A stretch of 64,000 nt of DNA from Candidatus Omnitrophota bacterium (GTDB taxonomy: Bacteria; Omnitrophota; Gorgyraeia; VGKH01). The position numbers and the translations under genes were made by a program. Positions 44,973 to 59,432 of this stretch are shown here, one piece after another. Location of the stretch: NCBI GenBank assembly GCA_022703055.1, contig JAKLEP010000002.1:22247-86246 (forward strand). Reading direction: 5' to 3'. The notes under the pieces were generated by a model that searched no databases, was not told where the DNA came from, and saw only the letters and a program-made list of their open reading frames with translations. Each line of letters begins with the position of its first letter. Within the stretch, counting starts at the first letter, position 1.

Positions 44973-45874
44973 TGATTATTCCCTCCGTTACCATTACTTA
45001 TTTCAGCAATTACTGGTGCATCATCATATAAACGCTGCTGCCCAACAATCACCACCATATCTCCTTCATTAATGCCATCAGCGGCCTCATACAAAGGTCC
45101 TTCATGTATCCCTAAAGAAATCTTACGCATCTTTGCTTTATTATTGCTAACTGTATAAACATAAGTATCCGGCTCCTTACCCAGAATCGCCTCTTTTAAA
45201 ACCACCGGAACATGGGGATGTTTCTCTATTGTCAGAGAAACACTGACAAACATACCTGATTTAAGATGGTGCTCCGGATTGTCGATAGTAATTTCAATTG
45301 GCGCTGCCCGATTTTCCAAATTTACGACCGGGCTAATCCTTGTAACTTTTCCCAGGAATTTCTCTTGCGGATAGGCATCAACGGTTATTACAGCTTCCTG
45401 ATCGAGAAATACTTTGGGCAAATACACTTCAGGTATATCCAAATAAATCTTCACTTTGTCCATATTAACAACTAGCGCCACAGGAGTCTGAGATGAAACA
45501 TTAGAACCGATATCCACGTAAACCCTGCCCACCACGCCCGACATTGGGCTTTCCACCGGCGCCTTATTAAATTTAAGGCCAACTTCATCACGATCGATCA
45601 AAACGATAGCCTCGCCTTTCTCTACGATACTCCCGTCCTCTTTAAGCTTATCAATGATTTTTCCGCTTACTTTGGGATATACGTTAGCCTCGTCCTGCGC
45701 CTTGATGTTTCCCACATATTCAAGATTTGTCGCCAAATCTTGCAGTTCGACTTTCTTTACCTTAACCGGGATAGCTTGATTGCCGCTATTTGATATTGGC
45801 TTCTTTTCGCAGCCAATGGCCACAAGCAATAACAAAAGTATCAATAAAATATTGAGTCTCTTAAGCATAAACAT
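44969..45874 (-). CDS. RND efflux periplasmic adaptor (membrane fusion protein)
   Basis: 301 aa; signal/lipobox, biotinyl-lipoyl-like and beta-barrel segments. Confidence 0.85.
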   Translation of the reverse strand: MFMLKRLNILLILLLLLVAIGCEKKPISNSGNQAIPVKVKKVELQDLATNLEYVGNIKAQDEANVYPKVSGKIIDKLKEDGSIVEKGEAIVLIDRDEVGLKFNKAPVESPMSGVVGRVYVDIGSNVSSQTPVALVVNMDKVKIYLDIPEVYLPKVFLDQEAVITVDAYPQEKFLGKVTRISPVVNLENRAAPIEITIDNPEHHLKSGMFVSVSLTIEKHPHVPVVLKEAILGKEPDTYVYTVSNNKAKMRKISLGIHEGPLYEAADGINEGDMVVIVGQQRLYDDAPVIAEISNGNGGNNQ

Positions 45875-47139
45875 TATAATTCTCCTTTGGCTTTGTTTAA
45901 CGACTCTTTAGCAATAATGTAGTCATAAATCGCCTGCTTCTTATTAAATTCAGTCAGGCCGTATTTTAAATTAGCATCATCTAAATCTAACGAACTTGCT
46001 ATACCCGAACCGTATTTCTCGTTAACCACCGATAGATTATCTTGATACACGGCAAACTCCGATTCGGTTGATTTGATCTTCGAGACAGCATCCTTTAAAT
46101 TAATATAAGCATTTTTTATTTCCAGAGCAATATCTTTAATGATTTTCTCTTTGGTTAGCTGAGTCTGCTTCAAATCCACGATTGCCTGTTCTACTTTTGA
46201 TTTTGTCGCCCATCCGTCAAAAATCGGCCAGGAAACAGTCAACCCGATAATATTATAGTCATTCCAATTCTTTAGATTTGTTCCCGCGGTGTGTGAACGG
46301 CTGTAATAATCCCAGGAGGCATATACCGAGGGGCGGTTATCGGCTTTTGCCATTTCAATGGCTGCCTTATTTGCCTTTTCTTGTGCCTCATACTGTTTTA
46401 TCTCTGGGCGAATCTTCATGGCGGTTAATAAAGCTTCGTCTATAGCAACATCCCTGGGTTCATAAGAAAACTGACCCTGGCATTGAATCTTAATTTTGTC
46501 GTCAAGGTATAATAAATTCTTAAGCAATAATTCCACTGATTCAACTTCGTTTTGCGATGCTTGGTAGACCTGCTCAACGCTGGACAGCGATTCCTTAATT
46601 GCCAGGATATCAGATTCCGATGCTTGGCCATTCTGGAAACGCGCCTCAACAACAGCCAGGTGCTCCTTAGTGTTTTCCAGAATCTGCTCATTTATCTTAG
46701 CAAAATCTTCAGCCAATAAAAGGGTGTAGAATGTTTTGGTAACGTTAAATATAGTATCCAACTTAGTTTTATCTAAAAGGGCCTGCGAGACTTCAAAATT
46801 GTATTCGTTGTATTTTATGGTGTTGATGGTTTTACCGCCTTTATAAAGATACTGCTTTAGAGTGGCTTGATTAGCGGTCTGATTTGAGGTGCTTGAATAT
46901 AAACCGTTGGTTGATGTAAGGCTGGAGCTTAAAGTAAAAGAAGGATATAACGAAGACCTGGCATCGGCAATCTTCAATTTTGCCTTTTTGACACTCTCAG
47001 CTCCGAGTAAAATATCGCGGTTGTCTCTTAAAGCAATAGCGATAGCTTCATCCAATGTCAGGGGGATAACTTCCTCTGCTCCGGAAAAATTGGCGAAGAT
47101 CAAAATACCTAAAATTGAAATCATAATAACTTTTTTCAT
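45874..47139 (-). CDS. TolC-family outer-membrane efflux protein
   Basis: 421 aa; signal peptide and two OEP repeats. Confidence 0.8.
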   Translation of the reverse strand: MKKVIMISILGILIFANFSGAEEVIPLTLDEAIAIALRDNRDILLGAESVKKAKLKIADARSSLYPSFTLSSSLTSTNGLYSSTSNQTANQATLKQYLYKGGKTINTIKYNEYNFEVSQALLDKTKLDTIFNVTKTFYTLLLAEDFAKINEQILENTKEHLAVVEARFQNGQASESDILAIKESLSSVEQVYQASQNEVESVELLLKNLLYLDDKIKIQCQGQFSYEPRDVAIDEALLTAMKIRPEIKQYEAQEKANKAAIEMAKADNRPSVYASWDYYSRSHTAGTNLKNWNDYNIIGLTVSWPIFDGWATKSKVEQAIVDLKQTQLTKEKIIKDIALEIKNAYINLKDAVSKIKSTESEFAVYQDNLSVVNEKYGSGIASSLDLDDANLKYGLTEFNKKQAIYDYIIAKESLNKAKGEL

Positions 47140-47157
47140 ACTTACCTTTATAATATA

Positions 47158-47595
47158 TCAGCTGCCGTTTTCCTTCTCCAGAATTACCAAAATCTTCTTC
47201 ATCAATGATAAATAAACTTCTCTATCTTCAGGGGTTAATTCCATTAAAATCGATTTCCATCTATTGCACATTCGATCACGGAGAGTCTTTATTTCTCTCT
47301 GTCCTTTTTCAGTGAGAGTCAGATTAATTACCCGCCTGTCCTTTTTGTCCGGGGTCCTCCTAATATACTTGGTTCTTACAAGCCTATCTACTATCCCGGT
47401 AATACTGGGAGCAGAAACTTTCATTTCTTTACATAATTTCGTTGCCTGAGTCGTCCCCTGCTCAGCTACCGCCATCATAATCGTTAATTGAGAAATCGGA
47501 ATATCGCTGTAGGCGATATTACCACGATGCATTCTTCTCATCATCTTAGGCATGAGCATAGAAATCTCTTTCACAATCTGCTCAACCCTATCCAT
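47158..47595 (-). CDS. MarR-family transcriptional regulator
   Basis: 145 aa; winged HTH …ISQLTIMMAVAEQGTTQATKLCKEMKVSAPSITGIVDRLVRTKYIRRTPDKKDRRVINLTLTEKG…. Confidence 0.85.
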   Translation of the reverse strand: MDRVEQIVKEISMLMPKMMRRMHRGNIAYSDIPISQLTIMMAVAEQGTTQATKLCKEMKVSAPSITGIVDRLVRTKYIRRTPDKKDRRVINLTLTEKGQREIKTLRDRMCNRWKSILMELTPEDREVYLSLMKKILVILEKENGS

Positions 47596-47613
47596 TTTAA
47601 TTCCTCCTTCTAT

Positions 47614-47652
47614 TTAGCTATGTTAAATATTTACTTAGCTATATTAAATATT
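47614..47652. promoter_or_regulatory. Two 18-bp direct repeats (TTAGCTATGTTAAATATT / TTAGCTATATTAAATATT) just upstream of marR; candidate MarR operator
   Basis: The repeats are separated by 3 nt; each contains the palindromic core TAAATATTTA across the junction. Confidence 0.35.
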
Positions 47653-47718
47653 AACATACAAAACTAAATTTGTCAAGACAATATTCCAATACCCTTGCTT
47701 TATAAAATATTATTTGAG

Positions 47719-47747
47719 TTGAAAGCTTAAAACTAACCAGATATAAT
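47719..47747 (+). promoter_or_regulatory. Sigma70-like promoter TTGAAA-N17-TATAAT for the YfhO-like gene (leaderless or near-leaderless)
   Basis: The -10 hexamer ends 7 nt before the annotated ATG at 47755. Confidence 0.4.
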
Positions 47748-47754
47748 AGTCCTG

Positions 47755-50112
47755 ATGAAAAACGGATGGCGCATAAATAAAGACTTAATCTCGCTTATTA
47801 TTATTGTTGTACTCTGCCTAGTATTTGCAAGGAATTTCCTGCCATTTAACAAAGAAATCTTGGTCGGCTCTTCTCTGCCGGACGCAGTAGACCTATTTAT
47901 AGCTCATTCCCTAAGCGCTGATTCCTTAAAGAATCTCACGATTCCATTCTGGAATCCATATGTCTTGTGCGGATTACCCGCCCTAGCTGAACCACACCAC
48001 GCCATATTCTATCCATTAAACTTAATTTTCTTAATTGTGCCTATAAACATAGCTTATAATTACTCGGTCTTGCTTCATTTAATTTTGGCGGGTATTTTCA
48101 TGTATGCATTTGCAAGGACTATTCAAATCGATGCTTCTGGCAGTCTTTGCGCGGCAATAAGCTTTGTATTCTCTTCAATCTTTAGCCTGCATATTTTCGC
48201 CGGTCATCTAAATAATATTCTGACAATTACTTGGCTTCCTTTAATATTTCTGTTTATTGAGAAATATTTTAAAACGAAAAATTCTCTTTATGCTATCCTT
48301 TGTGGCATAACGCTAAGCCTGCAAATATTTTCAGGCCATTTACAATATGTCACGTATACTGTTTTGGCATCTGGTTTATTTCTGCTATTTAAGTTCATTA
48401 AACATCCTAAAGAGAGACCAGGGGTTATTAAGATCGGCTTGTATATAATAATCTTGGGAATAGCACTATCGGCGGCCCAACTATTGCCTACTTTAGAATT
48501 CTCCAGGTATTCTACCAGAGCAACCAACGACTATGCATTTGCATCCAGCCTTTCCTTCCCTCCGGAGAATCTAATAACAATCATTATCCCGGAATTTTTC
48601 GGGAATGCACTTAATGCTTCTTATGAATATTGGGGTAGATGGTATTTCTGGGAAGAATGCATTTATGTAGGTATTCTACCTCTTATATTGGCGATTATTG
48701 CCCTGAAGCTGTGCAAGAAAAACGAATATATTAATTTCTTTAGTCTGCTGGCGCTACTAAGTCTTGTTGCGGCTTTAGGATACTATATACCTACACTGAG
48801 AAATATCTTGAGATTCATACCAATCTTCACTATGTTTAGAGCGCACTCCAAATTTATTTTCCTTACCGTCTTCTCTCTTTCAATATTGTCCGGCTTCGGT
48901 ATGCAGGCATTGTTCAATAATACGCAAAAGTCAAAAATAGACAAAAAACAGATAATCAAAATTTATGTATTGATCGTTTTATCTTTGGTCATTGTCTATA
49001 CAATTAAATCCAGGCTTGATTTCTGGGCGCTGTCTTGGTTTAGGATAGTTAAATTCTTCTTATCTATGCAAGAAAGATATTGGCTGTTTGAGTACTGGAA
49101 CCCAGGATTTTTAAAAATGACTTTTATGACAGCTTATCGAGGAGTCATCAAGTTCATCTTGCTCTCTGGCGTAAGTTTTACGCTAATCATGCTCTCAAAG
49201 AATACTAAGATAAAATCACTGATTATGAAACCTATTTTTCTGGCATTCATAATTATAGATCTGTGGTCTTTTTCTGCTAAATATACCAAAGTTATCAATC
49301 TGCCTGAAGTTTTATGGAGCGAAGAGACGGTCAAATTCTTAAAAAGTGACGATACTGTTTACAGAATAATAAACAGAGACTCAATTCCTAATGTATCCAG
49401 CCTTTACAAAATACAAACTACAGAGGGCAACACCGCCCTTTTTCCGCAAGATTACGCAGATTATATGGGGACCTCCTCGCAAATCTTCTATACGGATAAC
49501 AATGTTCTACGCTCCACCCCTTTTACAAAAAACCTAGCTACCACTGGGTTGAAATATCTGATAATAAAAGGTTACACTATAGATTCAAAAGATTTCAAAC
49601 TGGAATTCTCGGATAATAAAATAAAAATTTACAGAAATCTTAATGCCTTACCGAGAGCTTTTATGGTTTTTAAAGCTAAGACGTTCGTCAATAAGAATAG
49701 TGTCATAGCCGAATTTGAGTCTAAAGATTTTGATCCCAAAGAATATGTGATTCTCGAGACGACTGACAAAAACAAGATTCTAGGAATAGCTAAGAATAAA
49801 ACCAATAACGTCCAAATAACAAGATATTCTCCGAACGAAGTGGTAATTTTGGTTAATACTGCCAGCGACGGATACCTGTTTCTTTCTGACGTCTATTATC
49901 CTGCATGGAAAGTTTATGTGGATGGGAAACCTGATAAGATCTACAAGGCGAATATCGCCTTTAGAGCGGTATTATTAGAAAAAGGTACTCACTCGGTAAG
50001 GTTTGTTTACGATTCATTTACTTTCAAATTAGGAATGATCATTAGCCTTGCTACTCTATCATCTCTAATAATCTTCATTTGCTACATATATATCAAATCC
50101 AAAAAAAGATAA
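47755..50112 (+). CDS. Large polytopic membrane protein, YfhO-like / glycosyltransferase-like
   Basis: 785 aa; more than 12 TM helices over the N-terminal 500 aa, then a soluble C-terminal domain and a terminal TM. Confidence 0.55.
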   Translation: MKNGWRINKDLISLIIIVVLCLVFARNFLPFNKEILVGSSLPDAVDLFIAHSLSADSLKNLTIPFWNPYVLCGLPALAEPHHAIFYPLNLIFLIVPINIAYNYSVLLHLILAGIFMYAFARTIQIDASGSLCAAISFVFSSIFSLHIFAGHLNNILTITWLPLIFLFIEKYFKTKNSLYAILCGITLSLQIFSGHLQYVTYTVLASGLFLLFKFIKHPKERPGVIKIGLYIIILGIALSAAQLLPTLEFSRYSTRATNDYAFASSLSFPPENLITIIIPEFFGNALNASYEYWGRWYFWEECIYVGILPLILAIIALKLCKKNEYINFFSLLALLSLVAALGYYIPTLRNILRFIPIFTMFRAHSKFIFLTVFSLSILSGFGMQALFNNTQKSKIDKKQIIKIYVLIVLSLVIVYTIKSRLDFWALSWFRIVKFFLSMQERYWLFEYWNPGFLKMTFMTAYRGVIKFILLSGVSFTLIMLSKNTKIKSLIMKPIFLAFIIIDLWSFSAKYTKVINLPEVLWSEETVKFLKSDDTVYRIINRDSIPNVSSLYKIQTTEGNTALFPQDYADYMGTSSQIFYTDNNVLRSTPFTKNLATTGLKYLIIKGYTIDSKDFKLEFSDNKIKIYRNLNALPRAFMVFKAKTFVNKNSVIAEFESKDFDPKEYVILETTDKNKILGIAKNKTNNVQITRYSPNEVVILVNTASDGYLFLSDVYYPAWKVYVDGKPDKIYKANIAFRAVLLEKGTHSVRFVYDSFTFKLGMIISLATLSSLIIFICYIYIKSKKR

Positions 50113-50122
50113 AGGAATAAAA

Positions 50123-50155
50123 AGAGGCCCCCGACTTTTCGTCGGGGGCCTCTAA
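50123..50155. terminator. Bidirectional intrinsic terminator between the YfhO-like gene and the 5S rRNA
   Basis: GAGGCCCCCGAC-TTTTC-GTCGGGGGCCTC perfect 12-bp stem flanked by an A-run and a T-run. Confidence 0.7.
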
Positions 50156-50161
50156 TTTAAA

Positions 50162-50284
50162 GGAGCATCGACCTACTCTCCCATAGCCTCGCGGCAATAG
50201 TACCATGGGCCCTGAGGAGCTTAACTACCGTATTCGGAATGGGAACGGGTGTTTCCTCCTCGGTATAGACACTCCAAATCTTCA
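50162..50284 (-). rRNA. rrf: 5S ribosomal RNA
   Basis: Minus-strand sequence …CCGTTCCCATTCCGAATACGGTAGTTAAGCTCCTCAGGGCCCATGGTACTATTGCCGCGAGGCTATGGGAGAGTAGGTCGATGCTCC matches conserved 5S helices; ends approximate. Confidence 0.8.
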
Positions 50285-50333
50285 AAAACTAATATTTCAA
50301 ATAACTACTTTGCGAAAAAAGACCTTTAAAAGT

Positions 50334-53308
<2,975 letters not shown>

Positions 53309-53420
53309 CTTGACCACAAATAAAAACCGTCTTTTTCCGCTATATGTAGTTATCAAAGAACCAATCGCAAAGTTACGTGCGAATAAAATTCTTTCTAAAA
53401 GATCTCTTTATGATAATTTC

Positions 53421-53496
53421 TGGTGGAGCAGATGAGATTTGAACTCACGACCCCCTGGTTGCAAACCAGGTGCTCTCCCAACTGAGCTACTGCCCC
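53421..53496 (-). tRNA. tRNA-Ala (TGC) with encoded CCA, in the 16S-23S spacer
   Basis: Minus strand GGGGCAGTAGCTCAGTTGGGAGAGCACCTGGTTTGCAACCAGGGGGTCGTGAGTTCAAATCTCATCTGCTCCACCA. Confidence 0.9.
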
Positions 53497-53626
53497 TGAA
53501 AATTTTACAAAGTAAAATTTTCATCCCGAGCCGTTTTTTGTTTGCGGCGAGGGAGAAAACAATTATTTGTCCCTCGCGACTGAAAATAATCGCGGGTCGC
53601 TCGGGATCAGTTTTGCTTCGCAAAAC

Positions 53627-53702
53627 TGGTGGGCCCAAGTGGACTCGAACCACTCACCCCCGCGTTATCAGCACGGTGCTCTGCCAGATGAGCTATGGGC
53701 CC
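53627..53702 (-). tRNA. tRNA-Ile (GAT) with encoded CCA, in the 16S-23S spacer
   Basis: Minus strand GGGCCCATAGCTCATCTGGCAGAGCACCGTGCTGATAACGCGGGGGTGAGTGGTTCGAGTCCACTTGGGCCCACCA. Confidence 0.9.
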
Positions 53703-53888
53703 AAATCTTGTTTTGATATACAAAGAATGGGAGTCCTATAGCTCTCCAAAAATTATGGGAGCGAAAATAGTGAGCTCCCTAAAAAATAAAATAGCCAAGT
53801 ATTTCCGAGAGTTAAAATTAGCTCTCGTTATTACTTTGTCACTTGGATTTGTTCCATTGTTCCTAATTTTTTATGTAAAAAAAATTAG

Positions 53889-55474
<1,586 letters not shown>

Positions 55475-55511
55475 AAAACTTGGCTATATATTTCTTACAA
55501 AGAACAAAAAA

Positions 55512-55537
55512 AGGCATCGAGACGATGCCTTTTTCTA
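55512..55537. terminator. Intrinsic-terminator-like hairpin about 40 nt upstream of the 16S 5' end
   Basis: AGGCATCG-AGA-CGATGCCT, an 8-bp stem with a 3-nt loop, followed by TTTTCT on the plus strand and TTTTTTT on the minus strand. Probably terminates the small upstream membrane-protein gene, or sits in the rRNA leader. Confidence 0.5.
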
Positions 55538-55636
55538 ACTTCATCCCCTCTTACTTTGGAATCATCCAGTATTGTCAAACTGCAAAAACTTTTTCACAGT
55601 TATAATATGGACCACTCCTTTAAGTGTTGTTGCTTA

Positions 55637-55664
55637 AGTATAACAACAAAAACTTATTTGTCAA
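55637..55664 (-). promoter_or_regulatory. Candidate rRNA promoter (minus strand TTGACA-N16-TATACT with upstream A-tract)
   Basis: Minus-strand reading GTGCAAAAAAATACTTGACAAATAAGTTTTTGTTGTTATACTT. Located about 170 nt upstream of the 16S 5' end but upstream of the terminator-like hairpin, so the assignment is uncertain. Confidence 0.3.
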
Positions 55665-55779
55665 GTATTTTTTTGCACTTATTTTCTTTAATTACAATGA
55701 GTTTTAGCTTTGTAAAATCCGCTCAAACAGTATACAGAAGGGTATCTTTATAATCCATATCGGATTAATTTTACAAATA

Positions 55780-55950
55780 TTACTTTCCGCTATCTTTCAG
55801 AACCAAAGAAAGCAAAAAAGCCGTATTGGCTAAAACTAAAAAGCTAACCGATTTGAAACGCATAAGCGCAACAGAAGGCATACCATAGAATCTAGAAAAA
55901 ATTGCATAGATGACCAAAACAACGCCGATTATCATAAGAATTCTAGACAT
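55780..55950 (-). CDS. Small membrane protein (56 aa), not in ORF track
   Basis: MSRILMIIGVVLVIYAIFSRFYGMPSVALMRFKSVSFLVLANTAFLLSLVLKDSGK; two predicted TM helices; strong RBS AAAGGAGGTG 7 nt upstream of the ATG. Confidence 0.5.
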   Translation of the reverse strand: MSRILMIIGVVLVIYAIFSRFYGMPSVALMRFKSVSFLVLANTAFLLSLVLKDSGK

Positions 55951-56060
55951 TTGCACACACCTCCTTTTTACTGGTATTATTATAAAACAATTGATACTGT
56001 AATATCAACAACAAAAATAAAAAACATTTTCAGTCAACACAGCCTCTTAATCCCAGGTAT

Positions 56061-56798
56061 TCACCGGTTTGCCGCATCTTTAGAAGGAACAATTAATCTC
56101 TTTAAGAAAATCGCCAGGATAAAACTTGCTAGCGCATAAATAAAACTAAAGATTAAAATCATGGGATGGTTATTAAAATATTCGATTATCAAAGTAGGTT
56201 TCTTAAAAACACTCTCGCCTAAAACCGATAGAATAAATTGCAGCCAGAAAATTCTTACCGGCGAACCCAAAATTACAGCTAAAATATATTGAGAGAAACT
56301 AATTTTGGTCAAGCCAGCTGCGAGATCTAAAAACCTGTAAGGCACAAGCGGGACTATCCTAAGGACAAAAATACCCCAGAATCCAAATTGCGCGATATTC
56401 CTATCTAGGCTCTCCAGGCCTCCTCTTAATTTATCCCTGACAAAATCTCTGCCTAAAACTCTGCTTAGATTAAAAAGAACGCTGGCATTAATAATCTCCG
56501 CTACATAAATAAAAATCGTACTCAATAGTGGGCCAAACAGTACTGCCCCTATCACTTTAAAGATGTCCTTAGCAAGCCAAACAAAAAAAGTAATCGCGGA
56601 ATACAAGCAAATAAATATAATACCGGAATACACAAGCGGAAACCTATGCAGTAGGTTTTTATAATAGTTGAAATCAATATTTAAAAACTTGCCGATAAGC
56701 CAAGTCAACAAAAGAAACAAAATAAGAATAAGAAACCTTAAACCGCTTTTTATGGATCTTTTTTTAGTTCCCATACAATTCCTATTAACGAATTTCAA
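56061..56798 (-). CDS. DedA/TVP38/TMEM64-family membrane protein
   Basis: 245 aa; …VLFGPLLSTIFIYVAEIINASVLFNLSRVLGRDFVRDKL… typical DedA core. Confidence 0.7.
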   Translation of the reverse strand: MKFVNRNCMGTKKRSIKSGLRFLILILFLLLTWLIGKFLNIDFNYYKNLLHRFPLVYSGIIFICLYSAITFFVWLAKDIFKVIGAVLFGPLLSTIFIYVAEIINASVLFNLSRVLGRDFVRDKLRGGLESLDRNIAQFGFWGIFVLRIVPLVPYRFLDLAAGLTKISFSQYILAVILGSPVRIFWLQFILSVLGESVFKKPTLIIEYFNNHPMILIFSFIYALASFILAIFLKRLIVPSKDAANR

Positions 56799-56964
56799 AC
56801 TTACTTAAACTTACTTGTATTAAAAAAAATTTACAAATTATACGCTGTGCTGATACCATATCTTGTGCCAGAAATAAAATGCGATACAATATTATGGAGC
56901 AAGCAAACAAAATGAATGGGGCGACAAAATAAAAAACTTCATCGCCCCACTCATAAAACCACTC

Positions 56965-57639
56965 TTATCTACGAGAATATTTCTTCACTACCTCATCGAT
57001 GAATCTACCCGCAGTATCTCTTCCTCCCAAGCCAAAAGCCAAAGCCAAAGCCAAACAAATTGCACCGAAGAAGATATTAAATGTTGTGCTCACCAACACG
57101 GTAGCAATGCCTAACTGCCCTATTGCTATGGTGGCTCCAAAAATTACAATCGCCCAATAGCTTAGGCCGCTTAATAGCTGAGGATTGGGTAAATTCGCAT
57201 TCAAAGAAGTTGTTCTCACTATCCCGGAAACAAATGTTCCGAAAAACATGGCAATAACTAACACAAATAATGCTGCAATAACACGAGGTATATAAGCAAT
57301 TATCCCCTCGATGATCCTGGAGGCTATGGTTAATCCGAATACATTAGTCACCAATACCAATACGATGACCATGACTAACCAATATACCAAAGCACTCAAG
57401 ATCTCGCTAAAAGTCAGCTTCACGCCTCCTTTTGTCAAGATGTCAGCGATGCCTGCTTTTTTTGCCAAAACGTCAAACCTTATTGCGCTCAGAATCTTGT
57501 TTGTCAGTTCTTTCAAGACTTTGGCAAAAATCCAGCCCACTAGGAGTATAATCAAGGCTCCTAAAAGATTCGGAATAAAAGTTGCTGTCTTTGACAGCAT
57601 TTCCTTAATAGGTTCGGCTAAGATTAAATTCCAATCCAT
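56965..57639 (-). CDS. Membrane protein with repeated 'conserved TM helix' segments (MscS-N-terminal-like)
   Basis: 224 aa; four hydrophobic helices with recurring LxxIxxALxVLVIxxxxG-type repeats. Confidence 0.45.
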   Translation of the reverse strand: MDWNLILAEPIKEMLSKTATFIPNLLGALIILLVGWIFAKVLKELTNKILSAIRFDVLAKKAGIADILTKGGVKLTFSEILSALVYWLVMVIVLVLVTNVFGLTIASRIIEGIIAYIPRVIAALFVLVIAMFFGTFVSGIVRTTSLNANLPNPQLLSGLSYWAIVIFGATIAIGQLGIATVLVSTTFNIFFGAICLALALAFGLGGRDTAGRFIDEVVKKYSRR

Positions 57640-57736
57640 ACCTTACCTCCTTTCTTGTTTTTATTATATAGCCGATTATTTCTTATTTCAACAAAAATCT
57701 TCAGAAATATTGGTAGGACACAGGGTTAGGCAGAAT

Positions 57737-58609
57737 TTAGCGCAGGTTGCTTTTTAAAATTATATCTCCGATTTGGAAACCCAGATGCCTTCCTACGACA
57801 TCGCACTTAACTCTGAACAGAAAAAATATCGGGCGGGATTTCACATTGCTTAAGGCCTCAAAATTACCCTGGCCTTTAGAGATAATCATTTGCGCTGAAT
57901 TAAATAGCTTAAGAAATTTCTTATTGCAGTATTGCAACATTACGCCGGGGCCATCGCAGCCGCTAGAAGTTATTCTGGCAACTTTATCTATGCCACAGAT
58001 AATCGCATCTTCCTTCAAAGCGTCATTGATTATCGGATTTTCTCTTACCACATAAATTACTTTTTTGTTCATCTCTTCAATTAACACTTTATCAAAAACA
58101 ACTTCTCCAGCATTATCGGCAATATATAAAACTGAATCTGTATTGTCTAAAGCTTTTTTGAAGGCATCATAATCAAAAATAGCTTTTCTATGAGTATTAT
58201 GCACGTCGAAATCCGGATTTAAAATCGCTTTCGTTTCTTTATCGATATCGAATGAATGCTTTGCGCCGTAGTCAATAATATTTCCGACGATAGCCAATGT
58301 CACAGCTGTAAGCAAGCTATCAGAAGATTTCCTGATCTTCTTTTTTAATTCTGGATACAGTTTAAGCGCCATTCTGTTGCTTTGCATTTTTATCTTCTTA
58401 AAAGGATCTTTCACGCCTGTAATTTTACTCACAAGCTTATAGAGAATCCTGCCCATATAAGGCGGACATTCATTCATGGGATAGCGTTTTAAGACTTCCC
58501 CTAGATCATCTTTAATCCTTTTTTGCTGTAATTCGTTCGCTCCGGCAATCCTGGCCGATTCCCTGGCTTGCTGATAAAAACAAGATATGCAATTTTTGTA
58601 GGTTTTCAT
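57737..58609 (-). CDS. DUF89/ARMT1-like (damage-control phosphatase family) protein, tentative
   Basis: 290 aa; the C-terminal SKGQGNFEAL and upstream DNAGE motifs resemble DUF89. Confidence 0.45.
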   Translation of the reverse strand: MKTYKNCISCFYQQARESARIAGANELQQKRIKDDLGEVLKRYPMNECPPYMGRILYKLVSKITGVKDPFKKIKMQSNRMALKLYPELKKKIRKSSDSLLTAVTLAIVGNIIDYGAKHSFDIDKETKAILNPDFDVHNTHRKAIFDYDAFKKALDNTDSVLYIADNAGEVVFDKVLIEEMNKKVIYVVRENPIINDALKEDAIICGIDKVARITSSGCDGPGVMLQYCNKKFLKLFNSAQMIISKGQGNFEALSNVKSRPIFFLFRVKCDVVGRHLGFQIGDIILKSNLR

Positions 58610-58652
58610 TTAAATTTTGTTTAAGGAAATTGAATTGGTAGGCAAAAATATC

Positions 58653-59366
58653 CTAACGACCCTTCTTGATTTCGTAGGATAGGATAACTGCTTCAGCGAT
58701 ATCTTTCATCGGCACGCGCTTGTCCATGCTAGATTTCCTGATTAAATTATAGGCATCCTCTTCAGAAATCCCCTGCTCCTTCATCAAAATGCCCTTAGCC
58801 TTCTCAACTTTTTTACGAGTCTCCAGCTCTTCCTGGATAACTTTGGTTTTGACTATCAGCTCGGTGTTGGCAATTGCCACAGCCGATTGGTTGGCTACCG
58901 CGCTTAAAAGGTCAATATCCCCTTTGGTAAATTTATAGGCGGTGGTAGTATAGCAATTTATTACACCAATCACTCTGTTTTTCTCAATCATAGGAACACT
59001 TATCATAGAAACCAAGCCTTCCTTCTGGGCTAGTTTTTTCTCTTTGTAGCGGGAATCGTTTAAAACATCTAAAATAACTATAGGCTTTTTTTCCTTGGCA
59101 ACCAAACCGACAATGCCCTCTCCAACTTTTAAGCTTCTTTCTTTAAGATATTCCTGGCTCATCGCCTGAGTTGCTCGAATCTTCAATTGCTGTGAAGCTT
59201 CATCAAGAAGCCAAAGTGCGCAAATCTTGGCCCTCATCACATTAGCGGTAAGCGTGACTATGAGCTTAAGCATATCCTCCAGATACAAATCTGAAGTAAT
59301 AGCCTTACTAATCTTATTTAATGCATCGATATAGGATTTATAAGAGGCTTTGGCCATATTTTTCAC
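58653..59366 (-). CDS. GAF-domain ANTAR RNA-binding antitermination regulator
   Basis: 237 aa; N-terminal GAF-like region; C-terminal ANTAR helix …EKAKGILMKEQGISEEDAYNLIRKSSMDKRVPMKDIAEAVI…. Confidence 0.7.
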   Translation of the reverse strand: MKNMAKASYKSYIDALNKISKAITSDLYLEDMLKLIVTLTANVMRAKICALWLLDEASQQLKIRATQAMSQEYLKERSLKVGEGIVGLVAKEKKPIVILDVLNDSRYKEKKLAQKEGLVSMISVPMIEKNRVIGVINCYTTTAYKFTKGDIDLLSAVANQSAVAIANTELIVKTKVIQEELETRKKVEKAKGILMKEQGISEEDAYNLIRKSSMDKRVPMKDIAEAVILSYEIKKGR

Positions 59367-59432
59367 CCTTGTGAGATAAAGTTATTCTATACTAACTAAA
59401 AATAATTGCAATAAAAAAGTTAAAAAATTTAC

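Noticed and set aside
55573-55606. Plus-strand TTGTCA … TATAAT element between the rRNA operon and the small membrane-protein gene
   Set aside because: The spacer is 22 nt, too long for sigma70, and there is no plus-strand gene downstream for about 3.8 kb.
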